A stretch of 64,000 bases of DNA from an uncultured Gemmatimonadales bacterium (GTDB lineage Bacteria; Gemmatimonadota; Gemmatimonadetes; Palauibacterales; Palauibacteraceae). Below, piece after piece: positions 1-10,268 of this stretch. The stretch spans positions 96,001 through 160,000 of the forward strand of contig CAWANJ010000001.1 of the NCBI GenBank assembly GCA_963783385.1, given 5' to 3'. The notes under the pieces are model-generated. The model was not told the origin of the DNA and did not search any database. It saw only the letters and a program-made list of their open reading frames with translations. Position numbers and translations under genes: made by a program. The first letter of the stretch is position 1. The number at the start of each line of letters is the position of its first letter.

Positions 1-1883
1 TGCCGGGCCGCGTAGCTCTCGTCCTTCGTGACGTTCCTCACCTCGACCTCCGCCCCCGCGCCCAGGACCTCGTCCAGGCCCTCGACCCGCAGGACGTCGC
101 CCTGCTCGATCCTGTCGTAATCGTCCGGGTTCTCGAAGGTGAGCGGGAGGACCCCGAAATTGACCAGGTTCTGCCAGTGGATGCGGGCGAACCCCCTGGC
201 CAGCACCATCCGCAGCCCCAGGTAGCGCGGCGCCAGCGCGGCATGCTCGCGGCTCGATCCCTGCCCGTAGTTGGAGCCGCCGACCACGGCATGCCCCCCC
301 TCGTCGCGGGTGTCCATGGCCTTCCGGTAGTAGTCCGGATCGACCACGTCGAAAGCGAACTTCGCGATCTCGGGAATGTTACTCCGGTAGGGCAGCACCT
401 CGGCCCCCGCCCGCAGGATCTCGTCGGTCGAGATGTTGTCGGCGGCCTTGAAGATCACCGGCACCTCGAGGACGTCGGGCAGCCCTTCCAGCTCGGGCAG
501 CGACACGATGTTCGGGCCCTTCCGCAGCGACACCTTCCTGGACGCCTCGGGGGGCGGCGGCGCCTGGAGCGACTCGGTGTTGAGAATGGGCTCCCGCGGA
601 TCCGACACCCGCGGATAGGCGAGACCGAGCTCCTCCTCGAGCGTGCGCGGATCCGTGATCACGCCCATGAGCGCCGAAGCGGCGGCCGTTTCCGGGCTCA
701 CCAGGAAGACCCTGTCGTCCTTGGTGCCCGAGCGATCCGGGAAGTTCCGGGGCACCGTCCGCAGGCTGCGCGTGTTCGTGGCCGGCGCCTGCCCCATGCC
801 GATGCAGCCGTTGCACCCGGCCTGGTGGATGCGGGCCCCGGCGTGGATCAGCGAGAGGAGATGTCCGTCCCGGTCCAGGTTCTCGAGGATCTGGCGGGAG
901 GTCGGGTTCACGTCGAACGACACGTCCAAGTGCACCTGCCGGCCCTTCACGATCTCGGCGGCCACGGCGAAGTCCCGGTAGCCGGGGTTGGCCGAGGAGC
1001 CGATGTAGGCCTGCGAGATCTCCCGGCCGGCCAGCTCGGACACCGGGACGACGTTACCCGGACTGGAGGGCTTCGCGATCAGCGGCACGAGCTCCGAGAG
1101 GTCGATCGCCTCGTCCACGTCGTAGCCGGCGTCTTCGTCGGCGACCAGCTCGGTCCAGTCCTCCTCCCGGCCCTGCGAGGCCAGGAAACGGCGCACCTCG
1201 TCGTCGGAGGGAAACACCGTGGTCGTGGCCCCGAGCTCCGTGCCCATGTTGGCGATGACGTGCCGGTCCATGGCGGACAGGGACGCGAGGCCGGGGCCGT
1301 AGTACTCGAGGATGCGGCCCACGCCGCCGTCCACGTCGTGCCGGCGCAGCATCTCGAGGATGACGTCCTTGGCGCTCACCCAGTCCGGGAGCTGGCCGGT
1401 CAGCCGAACGCCCCAGATCTCGGGCATCTTCACGTAGTACGGCTCGCCCGCGATGGCCATGGCCACGTCCAGGCCGCCGGAGCCGATGGCCAGCATGCCG
1501 ATGGCGCCGGCGGCCGGCGTGTGGCTGTCCGAGCCCACCATCGTCTTGCCGGGCACGCCGAAGCGCTCCTGGTGCACCGGGTGGCTCACGCCGTTTCCGG
1601 GGCGGCTGTACCACAGCCCGAACTTCCGGCAGGCGCTCTGCAGGAAGAGGTGGTCGTCGGGGTTCTTGAAGTCCTCCTGGATCAGGTTGTGGTCCACGTA
1701 CTGGGCGGAGACCTCGGTCCGGGCGCGCTCGAGGCCCATGGCCTCGAGCTCGAGCATGACCAGCGTGCCCGTGGCGTCCTGGGTGAGGGTCTGGTCGATC
1801 CGGAGGCCGATCTCCTCGCCGGGCGCCATCTTTCCCTCGAGGAGGTGCGACTCGATCAGCTTGTGCGCGACGTTCAGCCCCAC
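1..1883 (-). CDS. Aconitate hydratase (aconitase family), 3' end runs off the window
   Basis: Read manually, not in the ORF track. GTG at 1883 after a GGGGAG RBS gives MGLNVAHKLIESHLLEG...DQTLTQDATGT; motifs DSHTP, IGSSANPG, AGCNGCIGMG, PRNFPGRSG, NYGQGSSREHAA. No stop before base 1. Confidence 0.93.
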   Translation of the reverse strand, partial: MGLNVAHKLIESHLLEGKMAPGEEIGLRIDQTLTQDATGTLVMLELEAMGLERARTEVSAQYVDHNLIQEDFKNPDDHLFLQSACRKFGLWYSRPGNGVSHPVHQERFGVPGKTMVGSDSHTPAAGAIGMLAIGSGGLDVAMAIAGEPYYVKMPEIWGVRLTGQLPDWVSAKDVILEMLRRHDVDGGVGRILEYYGPGLASLSAMDRHVIANMGTELGATTTVFPSDDEVRRFLASQGREEDWTELVADEDAGYDVDEAIDLSELVPLIAKPSSPGNVVPVSELAGREISQAYIGSSANPGYRDFAVAAEIVKGRQVHLDVSFDVNPTSRQILENLDRDGHLLSLIHAGARIHQAGCNGCIGMGQAPATNTRSLRTVPRNFPDRSGTKDDRVFLVSPETAAASALMGVITDPRTLEEELGLAYPRVSDPREPILNTESLQAPPPPEASRKVSLRKGPNIVSLPELEGLPDVLEVPVIFKAADNISTDEILRAGAEVLPYRSNIPEIAKFAFDVVDPDYYRKAMDTRDEGGHAVVGGSNYGQGSSREHAALAPRYLGLRMVLARGFARIHWQNLVNFGVLPLTFENPDDYDRIEQGDVLRVEGLDEVLGAGAEVEVRNVTKDESYAAR

Positions 1884-2025
1884 GGCCGTCTCCCCGTCGA
1901 TGCCCTCGTTCCGGCTGCGGCCCGACGTCCGGTGCGGACGCAGGCCGCAGCGCTCCTGCCGGGGTCATCTCCGGCAAGGGCCATACCGACGGCGTGGACG
2001 GCGGACGGACCCGGTGGACCGTGGC

Positions 2026-4168
2026 TCAGCGCCGGCCGCCCGTGGCGGTCGTGTCGGACGCCGCCTGCTCCGGGCTCTCCACGGGGAGACGGTCGGGCGC
2101 CGACCAGTGACGCTGGCCGCGCACCCAGCGCTGGAACCAGCGCAGCTCCTCCACGATCCGGGTGCGCTGGTGGTGGGGCTCCCGGAAGCCGTGCGGCTCG
2201 CGCGGCATGCGCAGGAAGCGGTCGGGGACGCCGAAGTGACGCAAGGCGGCGTGGAAGTTCATGGATTGCATGGGAGTGTCCGTGCGGTCCCGGTCGCCGT
2301 GGAACAGAAGGGTGGGCGTCTTGACGTTCTCCATGTGCCAGTAGCTGGAGCGCTCCCGCCAGAAGGCGCCGTTGGACCACGGATCCCCGCCCAGGTACCA
2401 GCGCGCCACGTCGAAGTGGAAGCCCGGGCCGTACTCGGCCGGCCAGTCGGTGACCATGGCCCCCAGGCTGGCGGCCTTGAATCGGGTAGTGCGGGTCAGC
2501 GTCCACCCTCCCAGGATGCCTCCGTAGCTCCAGCCCTTGATGGCCAGGGAGTCGGGATGCGCCACCCCCTGGCGCACCATCGCATCCACGCCGCTCATCA
2601 GGTCCTCGTAATCCCCGCCCCCGATGTCGCGCATGTTGCCGCGCAGCCAGGCATCTCCATAGCCCGACGACCCCCGCACGTTGGGCTGGAGCACGACATA
2701 GCCGTGCGCGGCCAGCACCTGCGCGTCGGCGTCGAATCCGCGCGTAAAGCTCCCGGCGGGCCCTCCGTGCACCTCGAGCACGAGCGCTCCGGGCGCCTTC
2801 CAGCCGGACTCCTCCGGCGGCCTGTACAGGAGACCTTCGCACGTCCTGGCCGTCCGAGCTCTTCCAGCGGACCACACGGGGGCTGGCCAGGTCCTTCCCC
2901 TCGACCTCCACGTTGGAGCGGGTCAGACGCTGCGGCCGGAAGGGTCGGGTCGTGGCCACGTACACGTCCCCCGGCACCGCGGGCGTGCTGAGCTCGTAGG
3001 CCACCCGGCCGTGGTCACGCGACCAGGTCGGCGCCCCCACCACCCCCTCCAGCCGGCTCACCTGCCGGACCCGGCCCGAACGGGGGTCCAGGCGATACAG
3101 GTCGGCCGTCGTCCGGACCTGCGCGGAGAAGTCGATCGTCCCGTCGGGCGCCCAGGCGTAGTCCCCGATCGCGCCGGCGAAGTCCGGGGCGAGCTGCCGC
3201 ACCGAGTTCGTGGCCAGCTGCAGGGCGTACAGGTTGCCCTGATCCAGCCTCCAGGTGGCCGTATCGGGTGCCAGCCACGTGAGGGTGCCCCCGTCCGGAG
3301 ACCAGCCCGGATCCGACTCGGGAGCCTGGTTGTGCGTGATCCGCCGGATCTCGCCGTCCCCGGCGTCCACGAGGGCGATCTCCGTCCGGTACGCGTCGTT
3401 CCGATGGTCCTCGGTCCGGTAGGTGAACGCCACGTGCCGGCCGTCGGGGGCGACGGCCATCGCGTCGATGATGCGGTGTCCCGTGGTCAGGGGATGCTCG
3501 GTCGCGGAGTCCGGGTCCGCCTCGATCCGCCACAGGTTGGACCAGCGTCCGCGTCGCTGTCCGTTCGGACCCCCGTCGACGGAGACCGCGTCGTAACCGG
3601 CCCGGACCGAATCCCGGGCCGTACGGGTCAGGCTGTCATCGGCCACGAAGTAGATCACGCGGGAGTCCGGACCCCAGGCGTACCGCTGGATCGAGGTGGC
3701 GTGCTGGGTGAGCTGGCGAGCCTCGCCGCCATCCGTACGGATGAGGAAGAGCTGCCGCCCGCCTTCGTCGCCCTCGTCGTCGCCGGAGTCGTCCTGATCC
3801 GTGCTGCGCAGAAACGCGATCCAGCGGCCGTCCGGCGACCAGCGCGGATCTCCGTCGCCCTCCTGCGACATGAACGGTCGAGGGTCGGTGCCGTCGGCCC
3901 GCACCATCCACAGGTAGCTGTCCCGTTCGTTGTCGTTCCAGCTCAGCGTCCGTCGGGTGTACAGCACCCGGGTCCCGTCCGGCGAGATGCGGGGATCGGT
4001 GACGCGGACGAGGTCGATGGCGTCATCGATCGTGAACAGGTCGCCCTCGACCGCGGCCGTGCTCCGGTCCGCGGATTGCTGCGCCGCGACCGGAGAGACC
4101 ATGAGCAGGACTGCGAGGGCCAGGATGGGACCCGGCAGCGCCGGGGCCCGCAAGGTGGGTCGGATCAT
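2026..4168 (-). CDS. S9 family (prolyl oligopeptidase/acylaminoacyl) peptidase, secreted; +1 frameshift near 2839
   Basis: Signal peptide and WD40/PD40-like repeats (WSPDG) in ORF 1874..4492. Catalytic domain (VHGGP, GWSYGG, HGDRD, EPHGF) in ORF 2026..2877. Removing one base at ~2839 joins ...GQDV-EGLLYRP. Confidence 0.88.
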
Positions 4169-4428
4169 GGAGGCTCCGTGAGCATCGGGTGCCCGGTGCG
4201 TTCGGGCCCCGGCGTGGAGCCGGGGTGGCTGCAGGATAGGAATCGAGACGGGCCGCTCGCAACCGGCTCCCCGCAGCGTGCGGGGACGCCGTCCACGGCA
4301 CCGGACCGGGGAGCGGCACGACGGCCCGCAGCTTGCCGGGGCATCGGGAGACGACGTAACCTTTCGAGGTCCCGCGCCCGTCGCCCCCGCAGGTCGAGAC
4401 GCCGTAGGACGAACTTCAAGAGGAGCCC

Positions 4429-4968
4429 ATGACACCTGTATTCGAGGGACTGTCGCGGAAGGGAGCCGACTCTCCGTCCGCCCCGGAATCACGCCCCACC
4501 TCGGCCACGCCCAGCGTGATCGGGGGCGGGATGGAGCTCGAGGGCCAGCTCACGGCGCGGGGCGACCTGCGCATCGAAGGCCGAGTGAAAGGGTCCATCC
4601 GGACCCAGGGCGAGGTCGTCGTGGCCCGGGAAGGCGTCGTCGACGGGGACATCGAGGCGGCGGAAGTCCACGTCGGGGGCCGGGTGAGCGGCACCGTGAT
4701 CGCGACGGGAGCGGCTCGCTTCATGGAGGGCTGCCGGGTGGACGCGGAGATCCGCGCCCCGGTGGTTTCCATCGAGGAGGGAGGCACCGTCAACGGCCGC
4801 CTGGTGATGGAGACTCGCTCCTCGGGTGGGTCCTCGTCGGGATCCTCCGCGGGCGGTCCCGGCGGCGCTTCGTCGAAGTCGGGTTCGGGATCGGAGAAGT
4901 CATCGCCGGGCGGCGGCTCCTCCGAGAGCGGTGCGTCGGGCAAGTCCGGAGGCGGCAAGTCGAGCTGA
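4429..4968 (+). CDS. Bactofilin (polymer-forming cytoskeletal protein) with Gly/Ser-rich tail
   Basis: SVIGGGMELEGQL...LRIEGRVKGSI...V.GDIEA...IEEGGTVNGRLVM pattern; AGGAG RBS. Confidence 0.88.
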   Translation: MTPVFEGLSRKGADSPSAPESRPTSATPSVIGGGMELEGQLTARGDLRIEGRVKGSIRTQGEVVVAREGVVDGDIEAAEVHVGGRVSGTVIATGAARFMEGCRVDAEIRAPVVSIEEGGTVNGRLVMETRSSGGSSSGSSAGGPGGASSKSGSGSEKSSPGGGSSESGASGKSGGGKSS

Positions 4969-5105
4969 TCGGCGAGCGGGCTTCGGGGCCGGCCTCCCAG
5001 CCGCCACCCCACCCCTCCTCACACCCCCACCACGCACGGCGGCCGGACGGCGGACCCTCGAGGGTCCCGTCGCCCGGCCGCTCTGTCGTTGCCCCGCCTG
5101 CCCGT

Positions 5106-5146
5106 CCGGGCCCGCAGGATCCGACGGTCGGATCCGGCGGGCCCGG
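5106..5146. terminator. Long inverted repeat between convergent genes (probable terminator or RNA-stabilising hairpin)
   Basis: CCGGGCCCGC-A-GGATCCGAC-G-GTCGGATCC-G-GCGGGCCCGG. A second palindrome GGACCCTCGAGGGTCC lies at 5052-5067. No clear U-tract. Confidence 0.5.
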
Positions 5147-5164
5147 CTTCGGGGTCCCGGTGCC

Positions 5165-5800
5165 CTAGGGGAAGTGGACCTGGATTCCGCCCCACAGCGG
5201 CAGGGTCCAGGAGCTGCTCGTCCCCAGGGGCTGGAGATCGGGGCTCCCGTTCACACGCTGGAACAGGTCGTCGCCCTTGGTGAACGCGAGGTTGAGCTGC
5301 ACCCCGCCGAACAGGTCGACCTGGGGACTGACCGGAAAGAGCAGCCGGGCCCCGCCCGTCAGACTCAAGTAGGTGTGGGACGGCCCCGACCCCGAGAAAT
5401 CGAGGGTGGTGGCGCCCAGGCCCCCGTTGACGGTGAACTTCACGTTCCCCGACACGGGCGGAGCCAGGTTCGTCTGGAGCCCCACCGTATAGTGCCACAG
5501 GTTGAGGCTGCGGAAGTCCTGCGCGGCCGGGATCGAGCTCCCGTTCAGGGCCTCCAGGCCCCAGTCACCCCGGACCGCGAATCGCGGGCTGAACCAGTAG
5601 GCGCCCCCGAGGTTGGCCGCCAGGCCGATGTCCTCCAGCTTGCCGATCCCGCCGAACGGGACCGCCAGACCCAGCCGGCCGTCCACTTCGAAGCTGGGTT
5701 CGAAAGGGCTCTGCGCGCGGACCGGGGTGGCCCCCGCCGCCAGCAGGACGATCGCGCCGAAGGCGGCCGTCCATCCCCCCATCACACGAGCCTTCTTCAT
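5165..5800 (-). CDS. Outer-membrane beta-barrel domain protein
   Basis: GGAGGAGG RBS, ATG 5800, signal peptide ending VRA-Q, alternating beta-strand pattern, C-terminal GGIQVHFP. Confidence 0.75.
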   Translation of the reverse strand: MKKARVMGGWTAAFGAIVLLAAGATPVRAQSPFEPSFEVDGRLGLAVPFGGIGKLEDIGLAANLGGAYWFSPRFAVRGDWGLEALNGSSIPAAQDFRSLNLWHYTVGLQTNLAPPVSGNVKFTVNGGLGATTLDFSGSGPSHTYLSLTGGARLLFPVSPQVDLFGGVQLNLAFTKGDDLFQRVNGSPDLQPLGTSSSWTLPLWGGIQVHFP

Positions 5801-5939
5801 GCATCCTCCTCCAAGGTCATGTCTCGCTCTCGTCTCGAGCGCCGGTCGCGCAGCGAGCGGGGCGACGGATCCGTTCAATGGACGAACGGACCCGCCTCCG
5901 CGTCACGTGCCCGCGTCTCTCCTCGCCCACAAGATCCAC

Positions 5940-6569
5940 TCACGGCAAGTGCAGCGCCACGCCCGCCTGCACGGGGAACGACCAGGCACGGTCACCGATG
6001 GGCGACGTCTGGCCCAGGGCCGCGAAGTCCTCGGGACTGGTGAACATGAGGTACGCCCGCCCCTGGACGAACACGTCCAGAAGCGGCATGGGGCTGTAGC
6101 CCGCCCGCACGAAGCCGCTCGTGGTCAGATACGTCTTGGAGGCGGAGCTCTGGTCGAACTTCCAGGTGGTCGCCCCGACCCCGACACCGGCCGACACCCG
6201 CCACGGGATGATGATCGGCCTGAGGAGCTCGAGCTCGAGCCCGGCGCCGTAGTGCCACAGCTTCAGGTCGTCGTAGGACGTGAGCGTGTTCGGAACCGTA
6301 GCGCCGAGCAGCGTCTCGAGATCGGCGTCGGCCCGCAGCCGGAGCCGACTGGCCACCCGGTAAGAGACGCCGACACCTGCGGAGAAGCCCGGGTCCTCGA
6401 CGTTGGCCAGGTCCCCCCCGGGAATTCCGATCCCGGCCCGCCCCTCGACCGAGAGATTGCGGGCCACCCCGATGGCGGTGCCGACCTGGGCCCGCCCGGC
6501 GAGGGGCAGGGCGAGCAGCAGAGCGGCCGCCCCGAGCGCGGCGTGGAGCGTCGAACCACGACGAGACAT
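5940..6569 (-). CDS. Outer-membrane beta-barrel domain protein (paralogue of 5165..5800)
   Basis: AGGAGG RBS, signal peptide, shared motifs (V(D/E)GR.G...P.G, LWHY..GL, G.GATT..F, TYL...G), C-terminal AGVALHLP. Confidence 0.75.
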   Translation of the reverse strand: MSRRGSTLHAALGAAALLLALPLAGRAQVGTAIGVARNLSVEGRAGIGIPGGDLANVEDPGFSAGVGVSYRVASRLRLRADADLETLLGATVPNTLTSYDDLKLWHYGAGLELELLRPIIIPWRVSAGVGVGATTWKFDQSSASKTYLTTSGFVRAGYSPMPLLDVFVQGRAYLMFTSPEDFAALGQTSPIGDRAWSFPVQAGVALHLP

Positions 6570-6769
6570 TTTGTCCTCCTGGTCAATTCATGCAGAGTCG
6601 CTGGGAGTCATCCGCAGCGGTGCGCACCGTGCGGCTGGGAGAGGAACGTTGGCCCTCGGCGGAGCGCGTCGGGCATGTGGCCCCACCGCTGCAAGATGCG
6701 GTCCCGTCATCCGGGGGCCGCGGCCCGTGTCCGCGGCCCGGGCCCGGCACGTCGGCGACGGGCCCGGGA

Positions 6770-7318
6770 TCAGCGCAGGATCAGGGCACGCGCGACGAAG
6801 GGGACCAGGAAGAGCAGGTTGTGCAGCTCCGCCACCACCGAGGCGCCCAGGTGCTCGTTCACGAGCTCGAGGTCCAGGTCGAGGGAACCGAGCGGGAGCC
6901 AGCGCGGGATCTCGGCCAGGAAGCGCCGGTACGGCTCCCCGTACAGCTCCGCCAGCACGCCCTCCTCGTACCGCACGACCACGGCGTACACGGCCAGGAA
7001 CCAGGCCGCCGTCGGCACGACGAGCCACAGCAGACCCGAGGTGGCCACCAGCCCCGCCCCGATCAGCGTGTTGCCCCAGTAGATCGGGTTCCGGATCCGG
7101 CGGTACGGACCCGAACGGGTCAGCGTGGTGTCGATCCGCAGCCGGTAGTGCAGGTGCTGCTGGGCCCACACCCGCAGGAACACGCCGCACGCGAACAGGC
7201 CGAGCCCCAGTGACCAGCACAGGTACGGGCGGTCCACCCTGCCTGCCGTCGCGAACAGCGCGAACAGCAGCGGCGGAGCCACGAGCCAGCCTCGGAAGCG
7301 GTAGAAGAAGCGTTTCAC
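6770..7318 (-). CDS. Isoprenylcysteine carboxylmethyltransferase / phospholipid methyltransferase family membrane protein
   Basis: C-terminal part of ORF 6770..7945: L...GPYRRIRNPIYWG, EE..L...YGE.Y..F...IPRWLP. Start GTG 7318 inferred. Confidence 0.85.
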   Translation of the reverse strand: MKRFFYRFRGWLVAPPLLFALFATAGRVDRPYLCWSLGLGLFACGVFLRVWAQQHLHYRLRIDTTLTRSGPYRRIRNPIYWGNTLIGAGLVATSGLLWLVVPTAAWFLAVYAVVVRYEEGVLAELYGEPYRRFLAEIPRWLPLGSLDLDLELVNEHLGASVVAELHNLLFLVPFVARALILR

Positions 7319-7381
7319 CTTGGGTGCTCGCCGGAGATCTCTCGACGGAAGGGCGAGTGGACGACTAAGTTGCGCGCCAAG

Positions 7382-8257
7382 ATGGTCACCCCGGAGCCCG
7401 AACGACAGAGCCGCTTCCTGGACCGGCTGAGGCAGCCCGAGCCGCTCGTGGCCGCCGAGCTGCGTCCGCCGCCCGCCGATCTCTCCTCCGCCGACGGCAT
7501 GGAGAGCTGGATCGACCTGCACCACGCCCTGCGTCGTCTGGGGCAACGGGACACAGCGGTCTTCCTCACCGACGACGCGATCGGCGAGCGCGAGGAGGAG
7601 AACCTCCGCCACCTGGTCACGAATCTCGCGGGGGACGTTCCGAAGCAGCGCCTGGTGCCCTTCCTGACCTGCAAGCACCCGCTGTCGTACTGCCTGCGCT
7701 ACGCGGACCGGGCGGCCTCCCAGGGGATCGAGGCCCTGGTCGTCCTCGGCGGGGACGCGACGGCCGGTCCTCCGCGCTGCCTGCCGCACGCCTTCCTCCT
7801 GCGCCAGGAGATCCGGCGTCGCGTGCCGGGGCTCACGCTGGGAGGATGGACGAATCCCCATCGGGATCCGGCCGAGCAGGTGCGATTCCTCCTGGACGAG
7901 ACGTTCACGGGGGAGTTCTACCTGAGCCAGGTGGTGTCCCACCACAGCGCGCGCCGCGTGGAGGCCTTCGTCCGGGAGTCGCGCAGACGCGGCCTCGAGC
8001 TTCCGGGCGTGTTCGGGGTGTTCTACTACCGGAGCGCCAACCCCTCCACCCTCTCCGCCCTGTCACGGTTCTTCCCGGTGCCGGCCGAGGAGGTAACGCG
8101 GGAGTTCGAGCGCGGCGACACGGCCGAGGAAATCTGCGCGCGGTCGATCCGCGCCCTGCGCGCAGCCGGAGCCCGGCACGTATACGTCAGCAACCTGGGC
8201 CATCGCAGGGCGCCCGAGCGCCTGGACGGGATCCTGGAGGCACTGGCAGCGGACTGA
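7382..8257 (+). CDS. Methylenetetrahydrofolate reductase (MetF)-like FAD-linked oxidoreductase
   Basis: ELRPP, FLTD, PFLTCK, LVVLGGD, FYLSQ motifs resembling the MTHFR barrel. Start uncertain (7370 TTG or 7382 ATG). Confidence 0.65.
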   Translation: MVTPEPERQSRFLDRLRQPEPLVAAELRPPPADLSSADGMESWIDLHHALRRLGQRDTAVFLTDDAIGEREEENLRHLVTNLAGDVPKQRLVPFLTCKHPLSYCLRYADRAASQGIEALVVLGGDATAGPPRCLPHAFLLRQEIRRRVPGLTLGGWTNPHRDPAEQVRFLLDETFTGEFYLSQVVSHHSARRVEAFVRESRRRGLELPGVFGVFYYRSANPSTLSALSRFFPVPAEEVTREFERGDTAEEICARSIRALRAAGARHVYVSNLGHRRAPERLDGILEALAAD

Positions 8258-8304
8258 GGGGCCGTGTCCGGCCCCCTTCCCCTCTCCAGCGACCCTCGGC
8301 GCCG

Positions 8305-9009
8305 CTAGTCCCCGCCCGCGCCGTCCCCCGCCGAACCCACGATGCGGGCCGAGTCGATCGCGTCCAGCTTCGGGAAGGAGTCCTCCAGGTAGCGGTTGCC
8401 GTCGCGCTGGATGAGGCCCTGGTCGGGTCCCTGTCCGCGCGGGGCGCCCTCCCCGTATCCAGCGTACAGCGAGTCGACGGCCGTCATGCCCTCGACCACC
8501 TCTCCGAAGGGGGCGAAGCCCATGCCGTCCAGGCGGCTGTTGTCGGTGAGATTCACGAACACCTGGGTCGTCCGGGTGTCGGGCCCCGCGGCGGCGAACG
8601 CCAGCGTGCCACGGGTGTTGCTCTTGCGGACCGGGTCGTCGCGGATCGGCCGTCCGCGCCAGCCCGCCGAGGCCGCCGGGTCCCCCGAGATCCCGAACTG
8701 GGCCACGAAACCGGGCAGGACGCGGAAGAACCGGTTCCCATCGTAGTAGCCGGCCCGCACGAGCTCGTAGAAGCGGTCGGCGCCCCGCGGCGCCCAGGCC
8801 CGGTGGACCTCGACGGTGAAGTCGCCGGCGGTCGTCGCGAACCGCACCCGGAAGCTGTCCGGGGCCGCGGCGCGGTCGCTCGCCCCGGCGTCCGCCGAGC
8901 CCTCGCCGGCGGAGGCCTTTCCGCCAGCGCCCCGGCACCCCAGCAGCGTGAGGCCCACCAATCCGCCCAGGCTTCCGATCACCCGCCATCGTCGTGTAGC
9001 TCGCAGCAC
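8305..9009 (-). CDS. Cyclophilin-type peptidyl-prolyl isomerase, probable lipoprotein
   Basis: WAPRGADRF, YYDGNRFFRVLPGFVAQFG, GTLAFA, RTTQVFVNL.DN..LD..GFAPFGEV; lipobox LLGC; GGAGG RBS before GTG 9009. Confidence 0.9.
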   Translation of the reverse strand: MLRATRRWRVIGSLGGLVGLTLLGCRGAGGKASAGEGSADAGASDRAAAPDSFRVRFATTAGDFTVEVHRAWAPRGADRFYELVRAGYYDGNRFFRVLPGFVAQFGISGDPAASAGWRGRPIRDDPVRKSNTRGTLAFAAAGPDTRTTQVFVNLTDNSRLDGMGFAPFGEVVEGMTAVDSLYAGYGEGAPRGQGPDQGLIQRDGNRYLEDSFPKLDAIDSARIVGSAGDGAGGD

Positions 9010-9207
9010 GCTCGTGCCTCCATTCGTGGATCTGCCCGTTCGCTCACCCGGCCGTCGCCGGGCCTCCAAGCTGGAGGAGGCGAGCCCCGCCGTCCAGGGT
9101 CGGCGTGCCGGGGGGAGACCAACGTCGGGCGCCGGTCCGCTGTACTTTCGAGAGAGGAGGACCGGCGACGCATACGGAACGGGCTCGCGCACAGGAGGCG
9201 CCACCAC

Positions 9208-9825
9208 GTGGAGCACGCCGGCGACGGCAGTCGGCCCCGGTCCGGGGACGCGCTCGACGACGGGCGACTGGTGGCGCGGGTCCAGGAGGGCGACGGAGAC
9301 GCGTTCGACACGCTCGTGCGTCGCCACATGCGCCGCGCGTTCTCGATCGCCTTCCGGCTGCTCGAGAACCGGGCCGACGCGGAAGACCTCGTCCAGGAGG
9401 CCTTCCTGGCCGCCCTGGAGGGCATCGACGGCTTCGAGCCGGGACGCCCCTTCGGCCCGTGGCTGTTCCGGATCGTGGTGAACCGCGGCCTCAACGCCCG
9501 GAAGGCCCGCTCCCTCCGCCGGACGGAGGCCCTGCCGGTCGACGTGCTATCGCGGGCGCCGCCGCCCGACCGCCACGCCGAGCGCGCCGAGCTGCACGAC
9601 GCGCTGGCGGCGGCCCTGGCGCGGCTGGACGGACAGCGCGGGGCCATCGTGCGGCTCCACGAGCTCGAGGGCTTCACGAGCCCCGAGATCGCGGAGATGC
9701 TCGAGCTGGCCGAGGGCACCGTGCGCTGGCACCTGCACCGGGCGCGCGCGGAGCTCCGGGAGGTGCTGGGAGCCTTCGGGCGGGACGCGGCCGGCGAGAC
9801 GAACATTGAGGAGAGGAAGCCATGA
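9208..9825 (+). CDS. ECF-type RNA polymerase sigma-70 factor
   Basis: DAEDLVQEAF, F.PWLFRIVVN, EIAEMLELAEGTVRWHLHRAR; AGGAGG RBS before GTG 9208. Confidence 0.92.
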   Translation: MEHAGDGSRPRSGDALDDGRLVARVQEGDGDAFDTLVRRHMRRAFSIAFRLLENRADAEDLVQEAFLAALEGIDGFEPGRPFGPWLFRIVVNRGLNARKARSLRRTEALPVDVLSRAPPPDRHAERAELHDALAAALARLDGQRGAIVRLHELEGFTSPEIAEMLELAEGTVRWHLHRARAELREVLGAFGRDAAGETNIEERKP

Positions 9826-10268
9826 CCGAGGAGAGGGGGACCGGGACGGGGAGCGGAGCCGGCCGCGACACCGGCGATGACGAGCTCCGTGGCCACCTCC
9901 GGCAGAGTGTTCCGTTGCCACCCCTGGACGAGGTGGCCTGGAACGACCTCGCGCGCACCATAGGATCGCGAGCCGAGCCCTTCCTGCGGGCCCGGCGCCG
10001 TCCGCCCTGGTGGCGGCACGCCTCGCGCTGGGCCCGCGCCGGCATCCCGCTCGCGGCGGCGGCGGTCCTCGCCCTGGCACTGCTCCTGCCCCGGGCGGCG
10101 CCGCGCGCCGTCCGCCCCACCGCGGCGCGACTCGGCTCCGCCGCGGCCTCGGCGCCCGCCGGCGCCGGAGTGGCCGCGGGCGACGCTTCCGTGGATCCAC
10201 TGCTGGCCTTTCTCTCCACCGCCGATGACGGAGAGACGCTGCTGATGTCGGCCCTCGAGGAGGAGTAG
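9822..10268 (+). CDS. Putative membrane anti-sigma factor
   Basis: ATGA overlap with the ECF sigma stop; single hydrophobic segment (GIPLAAAAVLALALLL). Function inferred from position. Confidence 0.6.
   Translation: MTEERGTGTGSGAGRDTGDDELRGHLRQSVPLPPLDEVAWNDLARTIGSRAEPFLRARRRPPWWRHASRWARAGIPLAAAAVLALALLLPRAAPRAVRPTAARLGSAAASAPAGAGVAAGDASVDPLLAFLSTADDGETLLMSALEEE

Noticed and set aside
177-2324. 715-aa plus-strand ORF and other long ORFs such as 16163..18973, 19198..22143, 29875..31836 and 57242..59068
   Set aside because: Antisense shadows of well-supported genes; stop codons are rare in high-GC DNA and the translations have no recognisable motifs.
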